Shown here one piece after another: positions 1 through 11,989 of a stretch of 64,000 nt of DNA (its first letter is position 1; each line of letters begins with the position of its first letter). A model generated the notes under the pieces. That model was not told where the DNA came from. It did no database searches and saw only the letters and a list, made by a program, of their open reading frames with translations. Origin of the DNA: Octopus sinensis (lineage: Eukaryota). The stretch spans positions 16,368,001-16,432,000 of the forward strand of contig NC_043000.1 in the NCBI RefSeq assembly GCF_006345805.1. The letters are read 5' to 3'. The translations under genes and the position numbers were made by a program.

Positions 1-109
1 GCTGATTTCCTTAACCTCATTATCCCAAGAGAACATCTAAACATCGTTCATCTGGAATTTCAGAATCAGTTACTTTAACACTATTCCATGATTCAACTTG
101 GTACTGACA

Positions 110-545
110 GAGGCAATAAGCTATTGGCAGAATTATTAGAACATTGGAAAACTGTTTTGTGGTATTTCTTCCTTCTCTATACGTTCTGGGTTCAAATCCT
201 GCTGTGGTCAGCTTTGCCTTTCATCACTTTGGACTTGATAATTAAAGTACCAGTCAAGTAAAGGGGCTGATGTTACTAACCTTGTGCCTAAATCAGAAAT
301 CATCGTTATTGTTGTTGCTATTAATTATTAAGGCGGCGAACTGGCAGACTCATTAGTATTGCTGGGCAAAAATGCTTATAGGCATTTTCGTCTGTCCTTA
401 CATTCTGGGTTCAAATTCCACCAAGGTAGACTTTACCTTTCATCCTTTTGGGGTTGATGAAATAAGTACCAGCTGAGCACTGGGGTCAATGTAATCAACT
501 AGCCCCACTCCCCAAAATTTCAAACCTTGTATCTATAATAGAAGG

Positions 546-586
<41 letters not shown>

Positions 587-1540
587 GGCAGTGAGCTGGC
601 AGAATCGTTAGCACACGGGGCAAAGTTCTTATCGGTATTTCGTTTGTCTTTATACTCTGAGTTCATATTCTGCTGGGGTTGACTTTGCCTTTCATCCTTT
701 CAGAGTTGATAAAATAAGTACCAGTCAAGCACTGGGGTCGATGTAATTGATTAGTCCCCTCCTCCGAAATTTCAGGCCTTGTGCCTATAGTAGAAAGGAT
801 TATTATTATTATTATTATTATCATTATTATTATTATTAAGGCAGTGAAGTGGCGGAATCATTTGCGTGGCAGAAAAAATGCTTAGCAGTATTTCATCCGT
901 CTTTACATTCTGTGTTCAAATTCCACTGAGGTCGACTTTGCCTTTCATCCTTTCGGGGTCGATAAATTAAGTACCAGTTATGCACTAGGGTCGATGTAAT
1001 CGACTAGTCCTCTCCTCTAACATTTCATTCCTTGTGCCTATAGTAGAAAGGATTAGTATTATTATTATCCTTATTACTATTAAGGCAGTAAAGGCAGCGA
1101 GCTGGCAGAATCATTAGCACACGGGACAAAATACTTAGCGGTATTTCGTCTTTCTTTACTTCAAATGCAGCTGGGGGTTGACTTCGCCTTTCATCCTTTT
1201 AGGGTCAGTAAAATGAGTTCCGGTTGAACACTGGGGTCGATGATATCGACTTACTGCCTCCCCAAAATTTCAAGCCTTGCACCTTTAGTAGAAAGGATTA
1301 TTATTATTATTAAGGTGATGAGCTGGAAGAGTTATTAGAACATTGAACAAAATTCTCAACAACATTTCTTCTGACTCTTTACGTTTTAAGTTCAAATCCC
1401 CACCAAGGTCAACTTTGCCATTCCTCCTTTCAGAGGTCGATAAAAAAATAAAGTACCAGTCAAAAATACTGGGAGCTAATGCAAGTGGTTCGTGCCTTCT
1501 ACCACTTTTCAGGCTTTGTGCCTATATTAGAATAATTTTT
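110..1540 (+). mobile_element. Head-to-tail array of about 6 tRNA-derived SINEs (family B, short form with (ATT)n tail)
   Basis: Heads AAGGCRGYGARCTGGCAGAA (A-box-like) at about 330, 585, 838, 1091 and 1312, plus a decayed one near 110. B-box-like GAGTTCAAATTCC; body GACTTTGCCTTTCATCCTTTCGGGGTCGATAAA; (ATT)n tails. Confidence 0.85.
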
Positions 1541-1968
1541 ATCGCCATAATTATACAGTCTACACTTATTTATTTATTTGTAAATCCATCTTTCTATAAT
1601 CACATAGGTAAGATTAGGTTATTGGAGCAATTGTTCTTATGGCTGGACATACTTTTTAGGTGGAAAGTCGTCAGTAAAGTTAGAACAAGCAGAGTTATGT
1701 ACCGTGTTCAAATGTTCACCATAATGGCAATAGCAAGTTGTCTAGAAGTTGAACTTCACAGTCAATGTGCCTAAATCTAATAATGTTTGAAGCTCTAAAC
1801 TACTATAGTGTAATACTACAGCTACTATAGTGGCAGTCATGCTTTCCCAGGGACATTACCATATTTACTCGTATACAAGTTGTGCTATTTTATATTGGAT
1901 TTTCACTGAAAAACACACACACATACACACACACATACACACACACAATCAGTTCTGACATAGGTTAA

Positions 1969-2304
1969 CCCTTTAGCATTCAGATTATTCTGTCAAACAT
2001 AATATTTACTCAATCACATTGTTTTGAATTAATCATGCATTACCTTGTAGCTTTGAGATATCAATAATGTGATTGTTTATTCTTAGAATAGGGTGGATGA
2101 GGTCGTGTGGGAAGATGAATGGAGGCATGGCCTTGCCATCACCAGTGATTAATCCAAACACCATGATGTTGACTGGATGTTTGATTTTTATCACTCTCAG
2201 TACATGTCCTCAGATTGACACCCAAACACTCTGAAATGGTCAGTTTGAACATAAAGCATGTAGGATATATGAGCTGGATATGGCCAGTTGAAATGCTTTA
2301 AGGG
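1969..2304. mobile_element. piggyBac-type MITE containing a captured maT/mariner fragment
   Basis: TTAA|CCCTTTAGCATT ... AAATGCTTTAAGGG|TTAA termini. Homologous to 8748-8946 and 35619-35839. Internal 2090-2236 matches the maT derivative. Confidence 0.75.
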
Positions 2305-2562
2305 TTAAGAAAGTATTTCTGATGTTTCTCCTGGTAACCCTCATGGTTTCAAGTGTCAACCACAGCCTGGTGAACTCAAACGTCCACTGCATCAGTACAG
2401 TGGTTTCGAGTGTGCACTTACACTATGCTCAACCAAGTAAATACCACTGATAAGATATGAGTTGCCAATCCTTTAGCTGAAAATGTACAGTCAGTGTATT
2501 TCTTTATCTACTAGACCAGTAATAGATACAAATACACTGTAGCTATATGAATAATGCACACA

Positions 2563-2935
2563 TCATCATCATCGTTTAACGTCCGCTTTCCATGCTACTG
2601 GCAGAGTTTCTACAGCTGGATGCCCTTCCTAACGCCAACCGGCACAGGTGCCAGTAAGGCAATGCTGGTAACGATCACGCTTGAATGGTGTCTTTTACGT
2701 GCCACCAGCATGGAGGCCAGATAGCCGCTCTGGCAACGATCATGCTTGGATGGTGCTCTTAATACCCTACTAGCACGGGGCTCGAGTGCCAGTAAGGTGA
2801 CGCTGGTAACGATCACACTTGAATGGTGCCTTTTAAGCGCCACTGGCACGGAAGCCAGTTCGCCGCTCTGTCAATGATCACACTCGTATGGTGCTCTTTG
2901 CACCCCACTAGCACGGACGCCAGTCATCGAATTTG
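2563..2935 (-). mobile_element. 5'-truncated RTE 3' UTR fragment, internally deleted
   Basis: (CAT)n CGTTTAACGTCCGCTTTCCATGCTA start is the reverse complement of the RTE tail at 19020-19047; carries GTGCC...GGCAC sub-repeats. Confidence 0.8.
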
Positions 2936-3060
2936 ATTAAGTACTTATATACAATATAACAATGCTCTAACCAGGAAATCAGACAAAACAATTCCCTTGT
3001 GAAGCACCATTATATAAATACAACATAACAAAATTATTGCAGTTTTGATGCATACCTTAC

Positions 3061-3126
3061 CTGGGGAAAGCAGTTATACTAGCTATTCTTTCTCCGGTCT
3101 TCAATAATTTGCCAATACTCTCACGC
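3061..3126 (-). CDS. GCLC: GCLC coding exon 4 (66 nt, phase 2-2); gene continues beyond the window start
   Basis: TTTTCAG acceptor; (R)RESIGKLLKTGERIASITAFP+AG; GTAAGG donor. Matches the known GCLC ...TITSFPR segment, in frame with exon 3. Confidence 0.92.
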
Positions 3127-3383
3127 CTGAAAAGGTAAAAATACAGGTTTAAATTAACAAAATACAAAATGATATTCTGGGATATTCTGGAAATATATCA
3201 TCATCATCATCGTTTAACATCCACTTAGAAAACAGGTATGGCATTCAATGCATACATGTATTTCTTCAAATTACTGTCATAATTACAAACAATTGTGGAT
3301 ATGGTATATAATCTTGCAATCACCTAATCAATGTTCTGCAATAAATACAACGGCCAGCATTGAAGGCTCATATATCCAATATA

Positions 3384-4207
3384 CCTGGTGCGATGGGTAA
3401 ATTGTTACCATTTTATATTTTTAATGTCATGCATGCCCATTGTTTGTTTTCGATTTTGTTGACTACACAGTGTAGTAGGGTCAGTTGGGCACCGTCTGTG
3501 AGAAAAATAGCAATGATGCAATTCACTCTGGCAGAAATTTAGAAACGACATGCTGTACTGCTTGGCATTTGCACTGGAAGCTCCAATACAAATATTTCAG
3601 AGTGTTTGAGTGTCAATCTGAGGACATGTACCAAGAGTGATAAAAATCAAACATCCAGTCAGCATCATGGTGTTTGGAGTGATCACTGGTGATGGCAAAG
3701 CTATGTCTCCATTCATCTTCCCACATGGCCTTAGATTCAACACAGAGGCCTACATCAAGTGCCTGGAGGAGTAGTGCTGGAAAACCCTATGTCTGGCAAC
3801 AGGACTCTACACCATCACAAGCAGGCAAACTTAGTCATGGCTGTCAGACAATTTCTGCAACCACATCACGCCTAACATTTGACCCTCTAACTCCCAGACT
3901 GCAACCTTCTTGATCATTATGTGCGGGGTTCAGTTTAGCAAAAGACCAACAAAACTCCTTGTATAACCAAAGATGAACTGAAGGCAAGGATTATGGCAGC
4001 ATTCACCAACTTAAACAAGGAGACTATCCAGAAGAGTTTCAGGAAACTCTGAAATCGCCTGGAGGCCATGGTTGAAGCCAATGGTGATTTTATAGAATAA
4101 ATTTACTCTTTAGTATTTCAAGATATTTTTATATAATTTTGGTAAATATATCTGTTAAAATTTTCATTTTTGTGTAATTCAGATGACAGTTTATTCACCG
4201 CACCCTG
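3384..4207 (+). mobile_element. Internally deleted Tc1/mariner (maT/DD37D-like) non-autonomous transposon
   Basis: TA flanks; imperfect TIRs of about 25 bp (C.GGTGCGATGGGTAAATTGT / ACAGTTTATTCACCGCACCCTG). Decayed transposase KIKHPVSIMVFGVI..DG...PYVWQQDS...NSPDCN.LD...RLEAMVEANGDFIE*. Confidence 0.85.
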
Positions 4208-4889
4208 TATATACATGAGTAAGAATGAAAAGGGAATAGAAATAGCATTCAACAAATATAGTTGGTATTGTATTTATTGAGTGAGAAGTCGGCTTAGTTC
4301 CACATGTTACGTATGGTTTCATTGACATGAAAGGGTAACAGCACAAGCAGCCAGTGCCATATTGGATGAGATCTCGTGGCAGCCATTGCCATCTCTGAGA
4401 CTGGAGCGAGACCTCACTTGCATCCATTTGCCATGCGCGAGATCACAATGAGGCTTGCGATGGAAAACAGTATGTAAAGGCAAAACCCGACTCAGACCTG
4501 TCTCTTTTGGCGCCACTTCACATCAGCGCTTGCTGAACACACCACTGACTGGAGGAAATTTGCGCCTACATTATCGGAGCTACTGCACAATGCACACAAC
4601 TTAAGAATGGTAGCTGAGGGCAGCACACTTCACCTTTCCTGTAGATTGCATTTGTACTTGAAGTCTTCTCTCTTCACCTACCGGAAGCCTGAACTACACA
4701 AAGAACAAAAAGGATGATGGAAGAAGACGATATTCTTCCGATATCGTAAACCTTGCCTTCCATTATAAAAGTATGTCCATCTCTTTGGACACTCAGAAGC
4801 AAAATGGGGTAAAAAAACACAGTGGGTTCTTTGTTAGAGAGAATTTTATCCCTACTGGTCAGTTCTGGTCACAATGATGCAGTGATAAC

Positions 4890-5122
4890 TAGGTGCAGCT
4901 GGCAGAATCGTTAGCATGCCAGGCAAAATGTGTAGTCGTATTTCGTCTGCCATTATGTACTGAGTTCAAATTCCGCCGAGGTCGACTTTGCCTTTCATCC
5001 TTTCGGGGTCAATAAATTAAGTACCAGTTATGCACTGGGGTCGATATAATCGACTTAATCCGTGTGTCTGTCCTTGTTTGTCCCCTCTGTGTTTAGCCCC
5101 TTGTAGGTAGTAAAGAAATAGA
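4890..5122 (+). mobile_element. SINE family B, long form (monomer)
   Basis: GCAGCTGGCAGAATCGTTAGC head, GAGTTCAAATTCC B box, ends GTAGTAAAGAAATA. Confidence 0.85.
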
Positions 5123-5374
5123 TAACTAGATGGCAGCAGATTATGAGTGAAAATCCTCCATATGTTAAAGCAGGTGGGATATTACTTTCATTTAGTCATC
5201 AATGCAAGATAATTGGCACACCAGCGACATCAGTGCTAAGTCATAGGATGATGTGAAATGTTTCCTTTGGTCAGTTACAGTCATATGAATGTAGTGATCT
5301 CTCAGCAACAACAGATGATAAGATAAAGACACTCCACTTGTTAAATCAAGTTGGAGGTTATAAATGTCACTTAA

Positions 5375-5594
5375 CCCTTTCGTTACCAACCTGGCTGAAA
5401 CGGCTTTTGGCTCTGAGTACAAATGTCTTGTTTTCATAAGTTTTGAATTAAAATCTTCCACCAAACCTTATTCGCAATTTATGTTCCTAACACTAGCTTA
5501 ATGATAACTAAGTTATTTTACTAAAGTCTTTGTTATATTTAAAGTAATTGAAACAAACACAGAGCATCTCAAAATAAATACAGTAACAAAAGGG
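5375..5594. mobile_element. piggyBac-type MITE (second family)
   Basis: TTAA|CCCTTTCGTTAC ... GTAACAAAAGGG|TTAA: terminal inverted repeats with TTAA duplication. Confidence 0.8.
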
Positions 5595-5728
5595 TTAAAC
5601 AATGGCAGTGTGATGTTTGGCACACATGTGCCGGGTGTGTCTGCTGGATCATAAAATTCTAAGAATGGAGGAGAGTAGTCTCTGTAAGGGTAGTATGCAT
5701 AATACAACCTGGTCTATGCCAGGGATTA

Positions 5729-6052
5729 TCAAGAAGTCAGTGGCTTGCAATACATCAAGAATGCATATCTGCTAAGAGAACAATATGAAATATTGGTCTT
5801 TCGATTAATGGATACAGCAGGCTGTTGAAGTACGTGTACTCTTTCTAGGAGGCAGAACTGGGAATTATGGGCTCTGGGTGAGTAAGGTAGGACTCTGTTG
5901 AGTATACTCCATTTGATGTTGAGTGAGGTGTTGCTGTGATTACACAGTCTCCAGATGAAGTGAGACAAGGACGTGGAGATTTCCTTTTCACTAAATTTTT
6001 GTTCCTGAATGTCTGAAGAGATGAATGTACTTCCACATTCGCGAAATTTCAA
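5729..6052 (-). mobile_element. Penelope-like retroelement remnant, GIY-YIG endonuclease C-terminal region
   Basis: STSLSHFIWRL...NIKWSILNRVLPYSPRAHNSQFCLLERVHVL...SINRKTNISYC resembles the Penelope endonuclease tail pattern T.LS..IW.L....I.W.I....Y....C.LCL.EK..I....LN.R.E. Recognised from memory. Confidence 0.6.
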
Positions 6053-7196
6053 GTAACATGACTAAGTTCTCGTTTGTTTACGTCTTTTTATTATTTATTT
6101 TTTCAAGGTAGCATAGCTTGGACTATATGTATGAGATAGTGTGTGTGTATGTGTTATAAAGCTGGCGAAAAATACTTCAAGGAAGAGTTAGGTACAGTAA
6201 ATACAAACAGTAAGCTATCGCGTTTGTAAAGGCGAGATTTGAACATTTTCGATTGACTGAGATTTATCAAAACAGTAAAGGAACATCAAGGGAGATAACT
6301 CTAATGAGATCAAAATTTTTAGACAATATTAAAATAAAATTCAGATTGGGGTGGCTCCGGTCTTCAAAGCCAAATGGCGGATCAAACACGTGTTTTTGTC
6401 TAACTGGTTCGATAGTCTCGACTGGTCAAAGTTTTTCAACTCACCATGTTTGTATTTAATAAGTACACTGCTCCCTTGAGTTATTATCCCTCAGTCGTAC
6501 TGATGTTCATAATCAGCATCAATTGAGTGGAAATAAAGAAATTGTAATGACATTCATTATATATCGATCACCCTTCGTTTTGCCGAGTGAAGAGTATTTT
6601 CTTAGTTTTTTTTTTGTTTTTTTTTTTTGCTTCCTTCAGTGTTGACTTTAAAGACTATTCATTCCAAACTTTATTGTCTGTTTCCAAAAATTTCCAAAAA
6701 TAATCTGAATCATTTGGAGTTACTTCCCTTTGAATTCTTTCTTTTTTTTGTTCTTTCTTATTCCATTTAAATTAGTCGTATGCAATCAGCGGTACGCGCT
6801 TCTTTCTGAATGTCACGCCAATGTACCTTGAATTAAAAAAATTATTTTTTTTAGTAGTAGTGTGACCCGCTTCTCCAAAAAGGTTGCCCATATCTGACTA
6901 AAACGCAACTTGAAGGAATTTTGCTTGGAAAAGTCTCAGTTGATCTTAGTTTTTCAAGTTAGTCTACATGTGAGACCTATGAAATTTATTTCAAACATAA
7001 TATTGACAGCAAAGTTTAAATACAGAACAGTTATTGCTATGATTTCCAATCTACTCCATACTATAAACATTTTTGCATGAGCAAACAAGACACACAAATA
7101 TTTTAAATTTAATCAGTCTGATATAACAGGCTCCACATCTAAGTAATTTATCTTCAGGAAAAACCTGCTGTAAAAACTCTTGAAGTTACAGAAACC

Positions 7197-7925
7197 ATTC
7201 CATCTGATGCCAGTGCATCGAGTGCTTTTTATGTGCCACCGGCACAGGAGCCAGTAAGGTGGGCTTGGCAACGATTGCATTCGGATGGTGCATTTTATGT
7301 GCCACTGGCACATGAACCAGTAAAGGGGTACTGGCGTCAGTCACAATTGGTTGGTGCTTTTTACATGCCACCAGCACTGGAGCCAGTAAGGCAAGCCTGG
7401 CAACGAACACATTTGGATGGTGCTTTTTAAGTGTCACTGGCACAGGAGCCAGTCAGTGGGTATTGGCATCGGTCACAATCAGTTTGGTGCTTTTTACATG
7501 CTACCAGCACAGGAGCCAGTGAGGCGGAACTTTTATGTGCCATCGGCACGGGAGCCAGCCAGGGGACACCAACCCCAGCTACGATATTAGTTTTACTTGA
7601 CTCAACAGGTCTTCTCAAGTATATCATACCGCCTGACGCATCAGGAGTATTTTTAACAGGGCTGGACATGCATGGCTGTGATCTCACCTTAGTTGCCAGA
7701 TCTTCTCAATCACAGCGTATCTCCAAAGGTCTTGGTCTCCAGTCATTGCCTATGTGGGGCCCAATGTTCAAAGGTCATGCTTCACCACCTGATCCAATGT
7801 CTTCCTGGGTCTACCTCTTCTACAGGTTCCTTCTACAGTTAGGGAGCGGCACTTCCTCACCCAGCTGTCTTCATTCATACATAACATATGACCATACCAG
7901 CGCAGTCGCCTCTCTTGCACACCAT
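7197..7925 (-). mobile_element. RTE LINE 3' fragment (ORF2 C-terminus plus repetitive 3' UTR)
   Basis: GVQERRLRWYGHMLCMNEDSWVRKCRSLTVEGTCRRGRPRKTLDQVVKHDL is homologous to the end of the 17638-18450 ORF. Confidence 0.85.
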
Positions 7926-8295
7926 ATGTATGTGTGTTTGTAGATATGTGTGTGTGTCTGTCTGTCTGTCTTGATATTTTGTGATGGCTGTAAATGCACG
8001 TCATCATCAACATCATCCAATGATGATGATGAAATGTGCCTCTGTTATTTCTCCCTGGAAAACTTCTTTACTGAGCATCATTATCAAACTCTTACACTGA
8101 ACAATATTGTTTGCGTCATCACAATCCAGAGTGAAATACACTGACAAACCATCTCAACCGGCACTTGTAACAGCTATTGTTAAGAACAAATAAATGTGTT
8201 CATAAATGGTAGGTTATTTTCTCAAATCCTGTTCTATGCTACTGATATTATTCTGATATAATTTAGCATAAAATAGGTTACAGGATGATAATTCA

Positions 8296-8670
8296 TCATC
8301 ATCATCATCATCATCTTCATCATTTAACATCCGCTTTCCATGCTGGCATGGGTTGGACGATTTTGACTGAGGGCTGGCGAACCAGATGGCTGTACCAGGC
8401 TCCAATCTTGATCTGGCAGAGTTTCTACAGCAGGATGCCCTTCCTAATACCAACCACTCCGAGAGTGCAGTGGGTGCTTTTTACGTGCCACCAGCACGGG
8501 GGCCAGTCAAGCAGTACTGGCAATGAACTCACTCGAATCTTTTAACACATGCCACCAGCACAAGTGCCAGTAAGGCGACACTGGTAACGATCATGCTCGA
8601 ATGGTTACCAGCGTCACCTTACTGGCACCTGTGCCAGTGGCATGTGTAAAAAGATTCGAACGAGGTCATT
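8296..8670 (-). mobile_element. 5'-truncated RTE 3' UTR fragment
   Basis: (CAT)n tail and the conserved block GGATGCCCTTCCTAA...ACCACTCCG...GGGTGCTTTTTACGTGCCACC. Confidence 0.8.
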
Positions 8671-8747
8671 GGAATCTTTATGGGCATTAAATGAGTATCT
8701 ACATATCAACTATCTTAAATGCCATTCAAACTATAAAGATGCTTTAA

Positions 8748-8946
8748 CCCATTAGCATTCAGATTACTCTGCCAAATGTAATGTCTATTTATCCACATTG
8801 TTTTGAATTAATCAGGCATTGTTACATACCTTTGAGATTTCAATGCTATATTTGTATATTTTTAGAATGACATCGTAAAGAAGGTGTAAGACATAGGATC
8901 AGGTCCACTTGAACAGAAAACAGATAGATCTGGGCTGGATATGGCC
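8748..8946. mobile_element. piggyBac-type MITE, one end lost
   Basis: TTAA|CCCATTAGCATTCAGATTACTCTG start; homologous to 1969-2304. Confidence 0.65.
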
Positions 8947-9161
8947 GCCGCCACCACCACTAATAATGATAATAATGGTTTCAATAACAATGGGAGGGGA
9001 TAAGTCAATTTCATCGACCCCTAGTACTCATCTGGTACTTATTTTATCAATCCTGAAAGGGTGTAAGGAAAAGTCAACCTTGGCAGAATTTGAACTCAGA
9101 TTGTAAATACAGATGAAATGCTGCTAACGATTCTGCCAGCTCACTGCCCCAATAATAGAAA

Positions 9162-9533
9162 TAACAAGAGCACTCAGAGAGCGCAAACCTCCGCCAAGGC
9201 AACACCAATGTCCTCTCAATGATTAGCCAGAGATGATTTTTAAAATGAGAATATCTGAAATAAACTTGATTGCTCTTATAAATGAGAATACTAAAAATGA
9301 ACCTGACCACTCTCAAAAATTAAATACAAAAACAGAAAAAATAATCCAGAATCCTTGTCCGGTGCCAGATCAATCCCAAAATGTAATCAGTTCATGCCAG
9401 TTATGAGGTCAAACACCCCTGAAAGTTTCATCCGAATCCATCCGGCAGTTCTTGAGATATCATGTCCACAGACAAACAAACAAACAAACATGACTGAAAA
9501 CAATACCTCCGCCTTCGCTAATGTGGGGGTAAT
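9162..9533 (+). mobile_element. Helentron-associated (DINE-1/HINE-like) non-autonomous element
   Basis: Starts TAACAAGAGC. Subterminal ACCTCCGCC at 9187-9195 recurs at 9505-9513, followed by a degenerate inverted copy forming a 3' hairpin. (CAAA)n tract. The 3' half recurs inverted at 13852-14044. Confidence 0.65.
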
Positions 9534-9589
9534 AATGGTTTCAAATTTTGGCACAAGGCCAGCAGTTTTAGGAGCAGAAAGTAAGTTGG

Positions 9590-10165
9590 CATACTGGGCG
9601 AAATGCTTAGCGGTATTTCGTCTGCCGTTACATTCTGAGTTCAAATTCCACCGAGGTCGACTTTGCCTTTCATTCTTTTGGGCTTGATTAAATAAGTACC
9701 AGTTATGCATTAGGGTCGATATAATCGACTTAATCCGTTTGTCTGTCCTTGTTTGTCCCTTCTGTGTGTAGCTCCTTGTGGGTAGTAAAGAAATAGGTAT
9801 TTCGTCTGCCGTTACATTCTGAGTTCAAATTCCGCCCAGGTCGACTTTGCCTTTCATCCTTTTGGGCTTGATTAAATAAGTACCAGTTATGCACTAGGGT
9901 CGATATAATCGACTTAATCCGTTTGTCTGTCCTTGTTTGTCCCCTCAGTGTGTAGCTCCTTGTGGGTAGTAAAGAAATAGGTATTTCGTTTGCCGTTACA
10001 TTCTGAGTTCAAATTCCGCCGAGGTCAACTTTGCCTTTCATCCTTTCGGGTTGATAAATTAAGTACCAGTTACGCACTGGAGTCGATGTAATCGACTTAA
10101 TCCGTTTGTCTGTCCTTGTTTGTCCCCCTCTGTATTTAGCTCCTTGTGAGTAGTAAAGAATTAAG
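9590..10165 (+). mobile_element. SINE family B long form with three tandem 184-bp units
   Basis: Units start GGTATTTCGT at 9612, 9796 and 9980. Confidence 0.85.
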
Positions 10166-11573
10166 AAAGTAAGCTGATTACATCAGCTCCAACATTTGAC
10201 AGGTTCTTTAGTTTATTGTTCTTTAATGAACAATAATTTGGTTGTATGTTGATGTTCTCAATTAGAACTAATAACAAACAACAAAGATTATCTCTTCTCA
10301 TATCTCAGAGGATGATTGTACTTCAGAGGATTTAAAAAAAATTTTTTTTTTTAATCTATCTGTTTAAAAGCATTATTATAATTTGCATGGTACTGCAGGT
10401 ATTTCGTATTTACATGCACAACTGATAACCATAAATTGAGATTGATAACCGATTTTTCAGTTAAATAGAATACAATAAGATCTGTAGTAAAGATTAGGAG
10501 ATTTGTAGTGTATTTGATTAACAATTGAGCGGCTTCTTCTGATTCAGTTTAGTATTTAATCACGCTCTATAGTATTAATAACGTCCAAGATAACTGAGCA
10601 GTGTGGGTTGACTTTGAGTTTTGTATAGACTCAATACCTGATCAAAGCTGAAATATTGTCTTGTGGTAAAGAGGAAGCCCAGTCTTCCAGAGTAATGTTG
10701 GGGATGTATATTTAAAACATCTAGTGCAGATATTGCTATGAAGTTACAATGAAGTTTGCTTTGTAAATACATAGTTTAAAGTTCATTCTTATTGTGTGGT
10801 TCCTTGGGCAATCGTCTACTATAGCCTCAGGCCTTGTGAGAGGAATTGGTTAATGGAAATCGAGGCATGTGCATGAGTTTGTGTGTGTGTGGTGAATGTG
10901 TTTTCCTTATCCTGAGTGAAAATGTCAACATAGTGTAACTTCTCTAATAAGAACTGTCCTGCAGTTTCAATGGCTTTATTAGTTTACCATAGTAGAAAAA
11001 ATTTTAAGTTTGGCAACAACAAGAGCACCTGGCTTAGAAAATCTGCCTCAACAAATTTTGACCAACACATGCTGGCATGGAAAATCAGGTATAAAAACAG
11101 ACAAACAGGCAGACAGATAGGTGGCCAATTAGCAGAGTTACTAGAGGATTAAATGGAATGTCTTCAAATTGAATGGAACGTATTTTGCAAATCTTTCATG
11201 GTCAAGCTTGCTTTTCAACTTTCTGGGTGTGACAAATTAAGTATCAGCTTAGGGTTGTGGAGCAAGAGAAAATGTTAGAGTGCTGAATGGGACGTCTTCC
11301 AGTGTTTGTACTAACTCTTTGCATTCTGAGTTCAAATCCCACCACGATCTACTTGAATGGCAGAGTTAATCCATTACTTGATTTAACACTACTACATGGA
11401 AGTAGGCATGGCTGTATGGTTAAGAAGCTTGCTTCCTAACCATGTGGTCATAGGTTCAGTACCACTGTGTAGCAGCTTGGACAAATGTCTTCTACTATAG
11501 GCTTGGACCAACCATAGTCTTGTGAGCGGATTTGTCAGATGGTAACTGGAAGAAGACCTGTCATTTTTTTCTT

Positions 11574-11885
11574 TTCATCATTTAATGTCCATTGTCCATG
11601 CAAGCATGGGTTGGGTGGTTTGACCAGGGCTGACAAGCTGGGAGGCTGCATCAGACTCCAGTCTGACTTGGCATGGTTTCTATGGCTGGATGACCTTCTT
11701 AACACCAACCACTCTGCAGAGTGTGCTGGGTGCTTTTACATGCCACTGGCACAGGTGCCATTTGCGAGACACCAGTGTCTGCCACAACTGTGATTTTACT
11801 TGGCTTGATGGGTCTTCTTATCAAGCACAATATAATGCCGAAGGTCCCAGTCATTTGTCATTGCTTCCATGAGGCCCAACACTTA
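11574..11885 (-). mobile_element. RTE 3' fragment with variant UTR (same type as 53278-53710)
   Basis: Shares the terminal block with other RTE tails; upstream part ATGGGTCTTCT...AATGCCGAAGGTC...TCCATGAGGCCCAAC is shared only with the 53.3-kb copy. Confidence 0.7.
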
Positions 11886-11952
11886 TCTGTATATTATCAG
11901 CATTTTACATCCACATGGAAAAGGGGACATTAAATTATGATGATGATGATAG

Positions 11953-11989
<37 letters not shown>

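Noticed and set aside
1343-1774. 143-aa ORF and the many 60-170-aa ORFs overlapping SINEs and RTE UTRs
   Set aside because: They start in or run through repeat bodies with no recognisable protein motif.
2420-2490. Candidate GCLC exon 5 (TTTTCAG...GTAAGT on the minus strand); also GRLGFLFT at about 10670
   Set aside because: The first gives an immediate stop in the required phase and no LGC-like sequence; the second is out of exon order. Exon 5 must lie outside the window.
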